DNA of 64,000 nt from an uncultured Clostridia bacterium (lineage in GTDB: Bacteria > Bacillota > Clostridia > Christensenellales > UBA1242). The stretch covers positions 1 to 64,000 of the forward strand of contig CALWEW010000002.1 of assembly GCA_944377415.1 (NCBI GenBank), written 5' to 3'. Shown here one piece after another: positions 17,473 to 26,944 of this stretch. A model generated the notes under the pieces. The model saw only the letters and a program-made list of their open reading frames with translations, was not told where the DNA came from and ran no database searches. Numbering within the stretch: position 1 is the first letter of the stretch; every line of letters begins with the position of its first letter. The position numbers and the translations under genes are program-made.

Positions 17473-18591
17473 ATGCGCAATATTCATTATTATATAAAAA
17501 AGTTTGGGCGTTTTGATACCTCAGAATTTCCCTTTAACGAAGTAGATGCATTGATATTAAGCGAACTTGCTTACGCTGATTTTTCAGAGTTTGTTGGAGG
17601 AATAACTACACCCCGCCCCGATGTAACACTTTCCGACATTGCGATTAACAAATCTATTAAACGCATGGTACGCTACACCATGTCTCCGCACTCAAACGGG
17701 CAAATGATAAAACTTATGCGAAAATCAAAGCGTTTCAAAGACATGCGACTAAATTATTACCGCAATAAAGTAGACACAAAACTAGAACTACAATTTAGCG
17801 CGATTGTTTTCACTTTAAAAGATAGCACATTCGTTGCATTTCGCGGAACTGACACAACTCTTACTGGTTGGAAAGAAGACTTTAACATGGTTTTTCTTGA
17901 TGTTATACCCTCTCAAGAACAGTGTCTAATATATCTAAATGAGATTGCAAATAAAATTGAAGGAAATTTCTATATCGGCGGACACTCAAAAGGCGGGAAT
18001 TTAGCGACTTTTGCTTCAATTTACACAAATCCAGAAATTCAAAAAAGAATTATAAAAATTTACGACTTTGAAGGTCCAGGGTTTAAATACGATATTTTCA
18101 ATAGCGAAAAGTTCCAAAACATTGCCGATAAACTACAAAAATATATTACTAGAGACTCTATGATAGGTGTTGTAATGTATAACTTTTCCAAATACGAAAT
18201 CGTACGAAGTTCGGGAATAATTCTAATGCAACACGACCCATTTCGCTGGAGAGTAACCAAAAATGGTAGGCTTGATGTAACGGAGAATACTACATTCAAC
18301 TGTAAAGTTTTTGAACGAACAGTAAAAGAATGGCTTGTGCGATACCCCGAGGAAGAACGCGTAAAAATTTTAGAAATTTTTTACAAAATTATAAGTGCAT
18401 GCAAAACAAACAATCTACTAGACTTTAAAACAAGAGCACTAAAATTTATCCATAGCATGCGAAAGCAATATAAACAAATTGACGGCGAAACACTGGAATA
18501 TTTTAAACGAACATTGCACGAATATTGGGATTTATATTTCTCAATACGCAAAGAAATGAAAGCAGAATTAAAACAAATAAAAAAACACTAA
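17473..18591 (+). CDS. Mbeg1-like (DUF2974) alpha/beta-hydrolase / lipase-family protein (372 aa).
   Basis: AFRGTDTTLTGWKEDFN and the nucleophile-elbow IGGHSKGGNLATFASIY are the DUF2974 hallmarks. SD aaaggact. Confidence 0.75.
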   Translation: MRNIHYYIKKFGRFDTSEFPFNEVDALILSELAYADFSEFVGGITTPRPDVTLSDIAINKSIKRMVRYTMSPHSNGQMIKLMRKSKRFKDMRLNYYRNKVDTKLELQFSAIVFTLKDSTFVAFRGTDTTLTGWKEDFNMVFLDVIPSQEQCLIYLNEIANKIEGNFYIGGHSKGGNLATFASIYTNPEIQKRIIKIYDFEGPGFKYDIFNSEKFQNIADKLQKYITRDSMIGVVMYNFSKYEIVRSSGIILMQHDPFRWRVTKNGRLDVTENTTFNCKVFERTVKEWLVRYPEEERVKILEIFYKIISACKTNNLLDFKTRALKFIHSMRKQYKQIDGETLEYFKRTLHEYWDLYFSIRKEMKAELKQIKKH

Positions 18592-18822
18592 ATAATTAAA
18601 TAAATAACATTTAAATTTCAAAAATATTTAATTTCTAAATAAAATATGGAATATAATATTCCATTAATTAGTATTTTTTGCTTTTTTATTACATTTTTAT
18701 TAATAATTTTGTTTATTTTTTACCTTTTTAAAAATTCGCTTGCCAAGTTTGAAAAATTTTTGTTATACTAAAAGCACACGAAGTCAAGTTTTATTTGGCA
18801 AAACAATTTACAGAAGGAAAAA

Positions 18823-19035
18823 ATGGAAAAGAGTACAAAAGTTTCATTAAGAGAAGTTTTAAATATTTGCAAAGACTGCCCGTATTGTTGCCATTCCTGC
18901 AACCAATCTTTTTGTTGCGCAATCAAAAACCGACTTTCCACCCTTACTCCGTATAAAGTAAATTACCAAAAATCTCGCATTGGGCTTGATGCTTGCCCGC
19001 AAAACCTTTGGAGTCTGGAAAGTAAATGTAAATAG
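18823..19035 (+). CDS. Small Cys-rich protein (70 aa; CKDCPYCCHSCNQSFCC…C) with its own promoter and terminator.
   Basis: Promoter TTGCCA - 17 nt - TTATACT at about 18741-18769. SD agaaggaaaaa ATG. Terminator hairpin atactatgca…tgcatagtat plus T-run at 19062-19100. Nine Cys in the first 35 residues after a polar leader. Confidence 0.45.
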   Translation: MEKSTKVSLREVLNICKDCPYCCHSCNQSFCCAIKNRLSTLTPYKVNYQKSRIGLDACPQNLWSLESKCK

Positions 19036-19061
19036 ACTAATGCTAATTAAAAACAAAAATA

Positions 19062-19100
19062 CTATGCAAAAACAAGTGCATAGTATTTTATTTTTATTAA
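19062..19100 (+). terminator. Intrinsic terminator downstream of the Cys-rich small ORF.
   Basis: atactatgcaaaaacaagtgcatagtattttattttta. Confidence 0.6.
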
Positions 19101-19170
19101 AATCTTTTTTGATTTTTTACTATTTTCATCTTCTAATAGTTAAGTTTATTCTATTAAACTTTGATAAAAT

Positions 19171-19587
19171 TTAAGCAAAAAAAGCAGTCATCAAAATTGC
19201 AAGAACTAACAATACAAACGAAGGATTAAAGGCAACTTTTTTGTCCTTTACAACTTGCACAATGTATATAGCAAGTGAACCAATAAGCGCAACTGCCGCC
19301 AACCAGAAGAAGACGATACCCGCAATAGTCCAAGTACTTACTAACATAAGTTTAGTGATAGCGCCCAAAACAATGGCGGCAATACTTAAAATAATGTTAA
19401 TAGTTTCAAGTGACATTTCGAAAGATTTTTCAACAGGCTCAGCAATTTGAACACGCTCTTTCTCACTGTTTTCACGAGCCTCCTGCTTGTCAAAATTCAA
19501 GTTTGGGTCTTTATTTGTACTTTCATTTTCATTCAAATCAACCACGGGGGCTGCTTCGCCTTCTACTTCAATTTTTTCATTTTCCAT
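19171..19587 (-). CDS. Membrane protein of unknown function (138 aa from the SD-supported ATG; the track start at 19623 is probably over-extended).
   Basis: SD aaaaggagc lies 9 nt before the ATG at 19587 (MENEKIEVEG…). Acidic N-terminus, then three hydrophobic helices. Confidence 0.6.
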   Translation of the reverse strand: MENEKIEVEGEAAPVVDLNENESTNKDPNLNFDKQEARENSEKERVQIAEPVEKSFEMSLETINIILSIAAIVLGAITKLMLVSTWTIAGIVFFWLAAVALIGSLAIYIVQVVKDKKVAFNPSFVLLVLAILMTAFFA

Positions 19588-19707
19588 AGATTTTTGGCTC
19601 CTTTTATCGTAATTTTCTAACATTATAACACAAAATTAGGCAAATATCAATAGTAGTGTGCAATTTTTTACAGCAACCAAGCGTAGATAGATATAGCAAT
19701 AAATCAA

Positions 19708-20781
19708 TTACTCAGTTGGCAATCCCCTTGAAGTGCTTTCGTCAGCAAGTGCTGCCCAAGTATTCCGCCCCACTATTCCGTCGGCAACTAAACCATTTTC
19801 CGTTTGAAATTCTTTTACCGCATTTTGCGTATTAGCACCAAATATTCCATCAATTGTACCAGCGGGATAAAGTTTACTGTATAACTTTTGTTGTAGATAT
19901 CGAACTTCGGCGCCATAACTACCATAGCGTAATGTACTTGCTGAAGGTGTGAGATTATTTAATTTATACCATGTTAGCCTACCGACAATTCCGTCAGGTT
20001 CAAGCCCGTTAGCCTGTTGAAAAGCACGAACAGCCGCAGCAGTATTACTTCCAAAAATTCCATCTATACTCCCTACATCATAGCCCATAGTTTTTAGCAT
20101 AAATTGAAGGTATTTCACCATATTCCCTCGACTTCCTGTTCGAAGTGTAGGAAAAGTTTGGTCGTTAATATCGACATACTCTACATTAAAAAACTGACAA
20201 ACACCACGACATGCAGCCCTACCTACCGAGTTTACAAAATCAGGGTCAAGCATAAGTCTTGCTTCTCTAAAATTTGTCATAAAGCCACATTCCATAAGAC
20301 ACGCAATCGTATTAACATTGCTCAGCATTCCGACATCAAGCGGTTTTACCCCACGAGCATTTGCATCGGTCGCGAGTAAAATACTACTATAAACCAAATC
20401 GGCGAAATTTCGGCTCTGCGTGGGGTAAGGATTAAGTGGCGAATAATACCCCTCAAGTCCACTGGCACTATTAAAAGTAGTTCCATCTCCATATGCGTTA
20501 TATGCAAAAGTAACCAAAGCATTCGGGCGCGCTCGGTTTACAATTACTACTCTTTCCGAAATTGATAAATCTTGCCTGTTAGGCTTTACATCAAGAACAT
20601 TAAATCCTATTCGTAAACAATCAGCAAGAAAAGCATTTTTGGCAGCATAATTAAATTCATTTTCATAAATTTGTCTGTTTATGTACGGCATCATTGGTGT
20701 ACGCTTTCCAACTGTCGGCGGATTTATCCCGTGCTCATCATTACCCGCTATCAAGTAGTTCTCTGGATTATTATAAGGCAT
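19708..20781 (-). CDS. N-acetylmuramoyl-L-alanine amidase (Amidase_3 / CwlC-CwlD type) with two C-terminal PG_binding_1 peptidoglycan-binding repeats (357 aa from the ATG at 20781).
   Basis: SD aggagag before MPYNNPENYLIAGNDEHG. Amidase_3 blocks: RVVIVNRARPNALVTFAYNAYG, G.EGYY, RGVKP, ACLMECGFMTNFREARLML. Two repeats of the form GYDVGSIDGIFGSNTAAAVRAFQQANGLEPDGIVGRLTW. The 37-aa N-terminal extension in the track lacks an SD. Confidence 0.8.
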   Translation of the reverse strand: MPYNNPENYLIAGNDEHGINPPTVGKRTPMMPYINRQIYENEFNYAAKNAFLADCLRIGFNVLDVKPNRQDLSISERVVIVNRARPNALVTFAYNAYGDGTTFNSASGLEGYYSPLNPYPTQSRNFADLVYSSILLATDANARGVKPLDVGMLSNVNTIACLMECGFMTNFREARLMLDPDFVNSVGRAACRGVCQFFNVEYVDINDQTFPTLRTGSRGNMVKYLQFMLKTMGYDVGSIDGIFGSNTAAAVRAFQQANGLEPDGIVGRLTWYKLNNLTPSASTLRYGSYGAEVRYLQQKLYSKLYPAGTIDGIFGANTQNAVKEFQTENGLVADGIVGRNTWAALADESTSRGLPTE

Positions 20782-20882
20782 AAAATACTCTCCTAACCGT
20801 TTTGTAAGTACTTTATGCAAGATAGTAATAAAATGTGAAAAATATACATAAAAAGCAAAAAACGCTCTTTTTAGAGCGTTTT

Positions 20883-21155
20883 TTACATGCAACCACAGTT
20901 ATCTTCTGGAGTACAATTACAATCATCACCACACTTGCAGTCGGGATTCCCGCAACCGCAAGTTTCATCAAGGTTTGCGAGTTCTTGTAATACAAGTTCT
21001 AAATCAACCCCGTGTACATCGCACGCCTCTTCAAGCGTTTCAGCCTGGCTTACGGGGCAGCCACAACAGTGCATACCAAAGCCTTCAAGCACGATGCGCG
21101 CATCAGGATTTGCCTCCAAAATCTCGCCGAGTGTCATATCTTTATTAAATGCCAT
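20883..21155 (-). CDS. DUF1858-domain protein with a C-terminal Cys-rich (metallothionein-like) tail.
   Basis: MTLGEILEANPDARIVLEGFGMHCCGCPVSQAETLEEACDVHGVDLELVLQEL matches DUF1858. The tail is CGCGNPDCKCGDDCNCTPEDNCGC. The start is probably the ATG 10 nt after the aaggag SD. Confidence 0.7.
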   Translation of the reverse strand: MAFNKDMTLGEILEANPDARIVLEGFGMHCCGCPVSQAETLEEACDVHGVDLELVLQELANLDETCGCGNPDCKCGDDCNCTPEDNCGCM

Positions 21156-21269
21156 GTTAAACATCTCCTTATTTATTACATTCTAGCAGTCAACTTAATC
21201 CTAATAATTTTAAACTGTTTAAAAAAATTATCTTAATCCGCAAGAATGTAAATGTATTATACCACGAAA

Positions 21270-22625
21270 TTATTCCAAATTGCAACCACAATCACAAATC
21301 TTATCTTCTATATCATGAACTTTACCACAATTTGGACATTTTTTAGTGCTTTCGACTAGCACTACTTCTTCGTTATGAGTTTTCCTACTTCCCTTTTTCA
21401 CAATGCTTTTTAACAGTTCAGCATCACTCATTTCAGTAAAATCAATTTTAGGTGCATCAGTATTCTGAACATTCATATCTTCATGTGAACTCTTGAAAGC
21501 GCTTGTAGTATATTCACTTTCACCAAAAAAACTTTCACCTTCATTATTAGCATCGATTTTATCTTGCCCAGCAGTTAAATTGTTATTCGCAATAATATCG
21601 TTATTTTTATTCTTTTTTCGTGATTTTTCTTCTTTTTTCTTCTTTTTAATCACTACTTTATCAAGTACGACGGGCTCAGCCTCATCTTTCTCTTTTTGTG
21701 GAGTACTCAAATCAACGACTTCGGCGCTATTTTTATCGTTACTAGCCGCGCCTTCTTGAACATCTTCCTCTTTTTGCCTATCAATTTTAACTGTTACAAC
21801 TTCGCCAACTTTACCTGTATTTAAGTCAATACTATCCGCAATTTCTTTTGCATCAATTTCGGGCGTACTTTCATTTGTAATTTCTGGTTCATCACGCTTT
21901 TTCTGTTCCAAAAATGCCGAAATATTACGGTCAAAAATGACATCTTCCACAACGAAATTTGAAATTTCAATTCCGTACTTTTTTAAATCTTTTTGCACAT
22001 CAGCAGAAATTTGAGCCGCAATTTGTTGCTTGTTGTTAATAATTACAGGGTCATTTACTCGACTCCATTCCAGAGATTTATTGGCAAATTCGCTAATATA
22101 TTCAAGCAATCTAGCCTGTGCTTTGCCCGAAGAAATTTTCGCATTTTCAATCAAAAATAGTTTTATAGTATCAGCGACATTAGTAGTTCTAAAATCACAA
22201 ACGCCATTCAGTACTACCGAATATCTGCCATGCTCTTTGTTTTTCTTTCCGATACGCCCCGTTTGCCACGGCTGAGCCTTAAAAGTAGACATATTTACAA
22301 AATACAAGTCGCATTTAAATGAATTTTTAAAAACGACTTCTTGCCTTCCACCCTTTTTAACTATTCGGCTCTTATCAAGTTTGAGAGCGCGAGTAGTTTT
22401 AGGTAACATCGGCAAAGTCAATTCATATTCGCCCGCCGAAAAAACATCGAGCGGTTTGTCCTTCGCGACAATGCAGACACTCCACCCCTCATTCACAATT
22501 AATTTTTCGCCGAGTTTAATTTCAAGTCTTTGAGAAGTTAAAGGCTGAATAAAACCACCACTGTATTTATCGGGCAGTGTCAGCGCGCTTTCTTTTTTCT
22601 TTTTAAATAGATTGAAAAACCCCAT
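21270..22625 (-). CDS. SPFH/band-7-like protein of the YdjI type with a C-terminal zinc-ribbon and a Lys/Glu-rich linker (451 aa).
   Basis: The N-terminal 250 aa are SPFH-like (…SVVLNGVCDFRTTNVADTIKLFL…). The C-terminal CPNCGKVHDIEDKICDCGCNLE is a zinc ribbon. SD ataggagt. Confidence 0.65.
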   Translation of the reverse strand: MGFFNLFKKKKESALTLPDKYSGGFIQPLTSQRLEIKLGEKLIVNEGWSVCIVAKDKPLDVFSAGEYELTLPMLPKTTRALKLDKSRIVKKGGRQEVVFKNSFKCDLYFVNMSTFKAQPWQTGRIGKKNKEHGRYSVVLNGVCDFRTTNVADTIKLFLIENAKISSGKAQARLLEYISEFANKSLEWSRVNDPVIINNKQQIAAQISADVQKDLKKYGIEISNFVVEDVIFDRNISAFLEQKKRDEPEITNESTPEIDAKEIADSIDLNTGKVGEVVTVKIDRQKEEDVQEGAASNDKNSAEVVDLSTPQKEKDEAEPVVLDKVVIKKKKKEEKSRKKNKNNDIIANNNLTAGQDKIDANNEGESFFGESEYTTSAFKSSHEDMNVQNTDAPKIDFTEMSDAELLKSIVKKGSRKTHNEEVVLVESTKKCPNCGKVHDIEDKICDCGCNLE

Positions 22626-22887
22626 ATTTACTCCTATATTAAACTATTATACAACATAACAGCACAATATTGCAAATCAATGTTCAAAAAACTTGCATTT
22701 TGATACTATAAACTTTTTACATCTAACAAACTCGCAATTTATTTTACTTGAAAAAAATTAAAAGCCAAAACGCTAAAATTTAAGATACATAATTTCGCCA
22801 AAATTAGTAATATTTTTTATGAAAAAAGGAATTAAGCAACGCATAGATTATACTATAGATTAAGCAAAACGAGAAAAAGGAGTTTTT

Positions 22888-23466
22888 ATGCAAAATTTCA
22901 CCGAAATTATAGGAGCACAAGTTTTAAGCGCGCACAATAGTACGGCACTAGGCACAGTCATTAACATGCAATTAAATGACAAAAATACAAAAGTAAATTA
23001 CCTGATTATATCAGGCAATGACGATGAAACAACTTACCTTCTTCCCTCAAACAAAATTTTTGCGATTAAAGATGCAATTATAATACGCAACCAAACGGCT
23101 TTAAGTGTTACAGCAGATGTTGGAATTCAAAATATAATTAATGCAAATGCGTACTCAATTTCAGGAAAAAGTTATGGCAAAGTAAACGAAATTGAACTTG
23201 ACGATAAGTTTAATGTAATAAATATCAAAACTCAAAATGAAAATCTGTCACCGAACAAAATAATAGGTTTTAATAACGGAATTTTAATATTTAATGACAC
23301 AGACAAAAAATACACAAATTCAACTTTTCGCCCACGCATTAAACTAGAACAACGCCCTGATACAAGCATCGTTAATGTAATGAATGCAGAATTTAATTCA
23401 AGCGCAGTTGCCACTCCTCGAACAGTAGTCGCGCGCTTGCCCCAAAATTTTAAAGAACCGAAGTGA
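22888..23466 (+). CDS. PRC-barrel domain protein (two PRC-like modules; YlmC/YmxH-like), 192 aa.
   Basis: EIIGAQVLSAHNSTALGTVINMQLNDKNTKVNYLII…IIRNQ and a second module SISGKSYGKVNEIELDDKFNVINIK. SD aaaaaggagtt. Confidence 0.65.
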   Translation: MQNFTEIIGAQVLSAHNSTALGTVINMQLNDKNTKVNYLIISGNDDETTYLLPSNKIFAIKDAIIIRNQTALSVTADVGIQNIINANAYSISGKSYGKVNEIELDDKFNVINIKTQNENLSPNKIIGFNNGILIFNDTDKKYTNSTFRPRIKLEQRPDTSIVNVMNAEFNSSAVATPRTVVARLPQNFKEPK

Positions 23467-23622
23467 TTATTTTTTTGAATTATCACACGCTAAACAAAAA
23501 TATTTGCTAAAATAAAAAACGCAAAAATAATAACTAAATAACAAATAAACATAAAATAAAAAATTAATCGAAAATAAACATAAAAAAATAAAAACACCGA
23601 AATTGAATTAAAAATTGGTGTT

Positions 23623-24555
23623 TTATTTATTATGCTTTACTTTTTTCCTACTCTTGCCTTTTACTTTACTAGGCCTTGCCTTGTATTCCTTCTTTTGATA
23701 TTTCTTGTTATATTTCTCTCGCTTTTTGAGAACTTTTTCGGAATTTTTTACTGATTTTTTGCCATTTTTATATCTTTTCTTTGCCTTTTTTAATATCGCT
23801 TTTTGCTCTTTCTTTTCAGTTTTTTGTTCAAGTTTTTCTTGTTTTATTTCATTTTTTATTTCGATTTTGGCTTCAATAATCTCTTGCCTGTTTTCAAGTT
23901 TTTCCAACTTCTTTTGGTCGCGCCTGATTTTCGCCTTTATATTTGTTTCATTTTCCTTGCCGACAATTAACCTTTCAATATTCTTGCGATGAGCAAACCA
24001 TGTAAGAGCAAAAATAGCAAAAGTAAGCAGGGTGATTACGAGGTTTGGTTCGGGCAAAGTTAAATTTTGAACAACTACGCCAACCGTTACTAATATTAGT
24101 GAGGCAAGCGAAACATACTTCACAAACCACACCAAAATAAAGCAGAAAATAAATGTTATAAGCATGACAAGAGGTTCTGCTACAAGGAAAACGCCGAGTG
24201 TAGTCGAAATTCCCTTCCCACCTTTAAACTTGTATATCACGGGAAAAATGTGCCCAACAACCGCCGCAAGCCCGCACGAATATAAACCAATTAAAGCATC
24301 TGGATAAATTCCATCTGCTCCACCAAACACAAAATACCCAACAAGTGCAGCGATAATACCTTTCAGCGCATCAAGTAATAGTGTTAAATAGCCCAATTTT
24401 GCGCCAAGATTGCGGTACATGTTAGTCGCACCTAAGTTGCCCGAGCCTTTTTTGGTAAGGTCGACATGTTTTGCACGCGAAATAATTCTGCCAAAATTGA
24501 TATTGCCTAAAAAGTAGCAGACAACTACCAAAATCGCAAGCAGCCAATAATTCAT
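23623..24555 (-). CDS. plsY: Glycerol-3-phosphate acyltransferase PlsY (paralog 1) with a ~100-aa Lys/Glu-rich C-terminal tail.
   Basis: GSGNLGATNMYRNLGAKLGYLTLLLDALKG is the PlsY signature. The tail is KIRRDQKKLEKLENRQEIIEAK…KKVKHNK. Confidence 0.85.
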   Translation of the reverse strand: MNYWLLAILVVVCYFLGNINFGRIISRAKHVDLTKKGSGNLGATNMYRNLGAKLGYLTLLLDALKGIIAALVGYFVFGGADGIYPDALIGLYSCGLAAVVGHIFPVIYKFKGGKGISTTLGVFLVAEPLVMLITFIFCFILVWFVKYVSLASLILVTVGVVVQNLTLPEPNLVITLLTFAIFALTWFAHRKNIERLIVGKENETNIKAKIRRDQKKLEKLENRQEIIEAKIEIKNEIKQEKLEQKTEKKEQKAILKKAKKRYKNGKKSVKNSEKVLKKREKYNKKYQKKEYKARPSKVKGKSRKKVKHNK

Positions 24556-24581
24556 GCCGACACCTTCCCCCTTTCTTTAAT

Positions 24582-25412
24582 CTATTCTTTTTCTTTATTT
24601 TCTTCTATATTATTTGTCTCTTCACTTACTTCACTAGATGTTTCAATTTCGTTTTTGCTAGGAACATTTTCGCTTTGTTCTGCGCTGTCTTGTGTGCCTT
24701 GCTCAACACTATTTAATGTATCAACTTCATCATTTTTTTGAGCCTTCTTTTTGCCTACTTTTTCGGTAAACTTTGCCCACAAATCAGTCTTATTTTCTGT
24801 TCCATTAAATAAACGAACAATATTTTTCCAATGAGCAGCATAAACAGCAACTCCCATCAGCACAACCAGAAGTACTACTACCCAATTCCCCGCAGGATTA
24901 AATGTAAACTCTGGCATAAATAAGCATTGCCATACAACATTAATTAACATAAAAACCAGCGACATCGGCGAAACATACTTAATTAAAAAGGCTAGTCCAA
25001 CGCAAAGCACAAATGCAATTAGCGCAATCACTGGCTGAGCAACCAAAAAGACACCACAGGCAGTTGCTGCCGCTTTTCCACCTTTAAACTTGTAATAAAG
25101 CGGGAAAATATGTCCAATAACTGCCGCAAGACCACAAGCATAAAGTCCTATGTAACTATCTGGCAAGCCACCAGCACCACCAAATACAAAATAGCCAACA
25201 AGTGCTGGGATAATACCTTTTAACAAGTCTAGTAGCAAAGTTAAAGCGCCGAGTTTTGCGCCAAATGTGCGGAGCATATTTGTAGCCCCCGTATTGCCCG
25301 AACCTTGAGTCGTAACATCAACTTTTTCCTTTCGAGATAACAATCTGCCAAAACTAATACTTCCAAAAAGATAACTAACGAGCACTAACCCTATTATAAG
25401 AACTATATCCAT
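24582..25412 (-). CDS. plsY: Glycerol-3-phosphate acyltransferase PlsY (paralog 2) with an acidic/polar C-terminal tail.
   Basis: GSGNTGATNMLRTFGAKLGALTLLLDLLKG. It lies 26 nt upstream of paralog 1 on the same strand. Confidence 0.85.
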   Translation of the reverse strand: MDIVLIIGLVLVSYLFGSISFGRLLSRKEKVDVTTQGSGNTGATNMLRTFGAKLGALTLLLDLLKGIIPALVGYFVFGGAGGLPDSYIGLYACGLAAVIGHIFPLYYKFKGGKAAATACGVFLVAQPVIALIAFVLCVGLAFLIKYVSPMSLVFMLINVVWQCLFMPEFTFNPAGNWVVVLLVVLMGVAVYAAHWKNIVRLFNGTENKTDLWAKFTEKVGKKKAQKNDEVDTLNSVEQGTQDSAEQSENVPSKNEIETSSEVSEETNNIEENKEKE

Positions 25413-25433
25413 AAAAAACCCTTTAAAATAATT

Positions 25434-25452
25434 TTGAATTAGGAATTAGCGC
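25434..25452 (+). repeat. Solitary TTAGGAAT octamer dimer (ttgaattaggaattagcgc) between plsY and der.
   Basis: Read directly. Same octamer family as the elements at 1708, 40457 and 44839. Confidence 0.4.
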
Positions 25453-25487
25453 AAAAACTCCACAATGCAGCACTAAATGCTACAATT

Positions 25488-26807
25488 TTATGCGCTTCGT
25501 TTTGCGCGCAAGTATATCCTAATCGGAGTCCCGCTAAAATCTTTTGCTCTTCGCAAACAATTCTCTAAATAACGCAAATAACTAAAATGCACGAGTTCGG
25601 GATTATTCACGAAAATTGCAAATGTCGGCGGACACACTCCAACTTGCGTAATATAATTGATTTTCAATCTGCGCCCGTTGTGCGTAGGCGGTTCTTGTGT
25701 CGAAATAGCATCTTGTAAAATCTCATTTAGTAGTCCTGTCGTAATGCGAGTGCAAGCATTATTATAGACATATTCAACCTTTTCCATAATGCGCCCCATG
25801 CGCGTGCCGTTCAGTGCGGAAACATACTCAACGACAAAGTAGTCCATAAATTTAAGGTTTGCTTTTAATAAATCTTTGTAGCGGTTTACCGTGTTGCTAT
25901 CCTTTTCAACAAGGTCCCACTTGTTATATAAAATAACACTCGGCTTTCCCTGTTCATGAACATACCCTAAAATTCGTACATCTTGCTCGGTTATCTCACC
26001 GCTTGCATCAAGAACATACACAATAATATCAGCACGGCGAATTGCTGCAAGGCTTCGCATTACGCTAAACCCCTCTATACTCTCATAATCGATTTTATTC
26101 TTTCTGCGAATTCCTGCTGTATCAATCAGCACATAATCTTTACCATTATATTTAAAAGGTATATCAACCGCATCACGAGTCGTACCCGCGACAGAACTAA
26201 CAACCACGCGCTCTTCACCCAAAAGACGATTAGTTATACTACTTTTGCCTGCGTTTGGCCTACCAACAATCGCAATATTTAATCGCTCGTTTTCTTCTGT
26301 CGCATCGACTTTAATTTTAAACTTGCGGACAATTTCGTCTAGAACTTCACCTACTCCCGTTCCATGCGTGCAACTCATAGGAAAAGGCTCGCCAAGCCCA
26401 AGTTCGTAAAAAGATACAGCAGAATCAAAATCAAAATTCTCTAATTTGTTTACAGCAAGAACAATAGGCTTACCGCTCTTACGCAAAAGTTGTGCGACAT
26501 GGCGGTCATCAGGCATAACACCTTCTTTGCCGTCTGTTATCATAAGCACAACATCAGCGACATCAATCGCGAGTTGCGCCTGCATTAAAATATATTCTTG
26601 CCATTCGTCTTCTTTTGATGGAGTAATTCCACCTGTATCAATAAGCGTAAAAGCATAGCCCGACCAATCAACATCGACATACAATCTGTCGCGCGTAACA
26701 CCTGGGGTGTCTTCCACTATACTTATTCGCCTGCCTGCGACACGATTGAAAAAACTTGACTTACCGACATTTGGTCTACCGACAACGGCAACGATAGGCT
26801 TGTTCAT
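25488..26807 (-). CDS. der: Ribosome-biogenesis GTPase Der (EngA) with two GTPase domains and a KH-like C-terminus.
   Basis: MNKPIVAVVGRPNVGKSS…DTGG… and a second G-domain IAIVGRPNAGKSS…DTAG. Confidence 0.95.
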   Translation of the reverse strand: MNKPIVAVVGRPNVGKSSFFNRVAGRRISIVEDTPGVTRDRLYVDVDWSGYAFTLIDTGGITPSKEDEWQEYILMQAQLAIDVADVVLMITDGKEGVMPDDRHVAQLLRKSGKPIVLAVNKLENFDFDSAVSFYELGLGEPFPMSCTHGTGVGEVLDEIVRKFKIKVDATEENERLNIAIVGRPNAGKSSITNRLLGEERVVVSSVAGTTRDAVDIPFKYNGKDYVLIDTAGIRRKNKIDYESIEGFSVMRSLAAIRRADIIVYVLDASGEITEQDVRILGYVHEQGKPSVILYNKWDLVEKDSNTVNRYKDLLKANLKFMDYFVVEYVSALNGTRMGRIMEKVEYVYNNACTRITTGLLNEILQDAISTQEPPTHNGRRLKINYITQVGVCPPTFAIFVNNPELVHFSYLRYLENCLRRAKDFSGTPIRIYLRAKRSA

Positions 26808-26944
26808 TCTTTAACCTCACTATAATATAGTGAGAGTTTACCACAAAAATAAACAATTTACAAGGGAATTTGCGGACTTTCGCTAGCGCTCAAAGCAGGA
26901 GTGAGCAATTTTTTATAGTAAAACTATTTGCTAACTAAATGAAA

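Noticed and set aside
19708-20892. N-terminal 37-aa extension of the amidase (MHVKNALKRAFFAFYVYFSHF…) and similar upstream extensions of NrdR, thioesterase, the 37489 gene, the 34452 gene and the 42214 lipoprotein given by the ORF track.
   Set aside because: In each case an internal ATG with a canonical AGGAG-type SD 5-10 nt upstream gives the family-typical N-terminus. The extensions lack an SD and are composed of codons from AT-rich leader sequence.
25434-25452. Whether the solitary TTAGGAAT dimer marks a further element.
   Set aside because: No inverted partner lies within 1 kb. It is probably a remnant. It is listed only as a repeat, not as an element.
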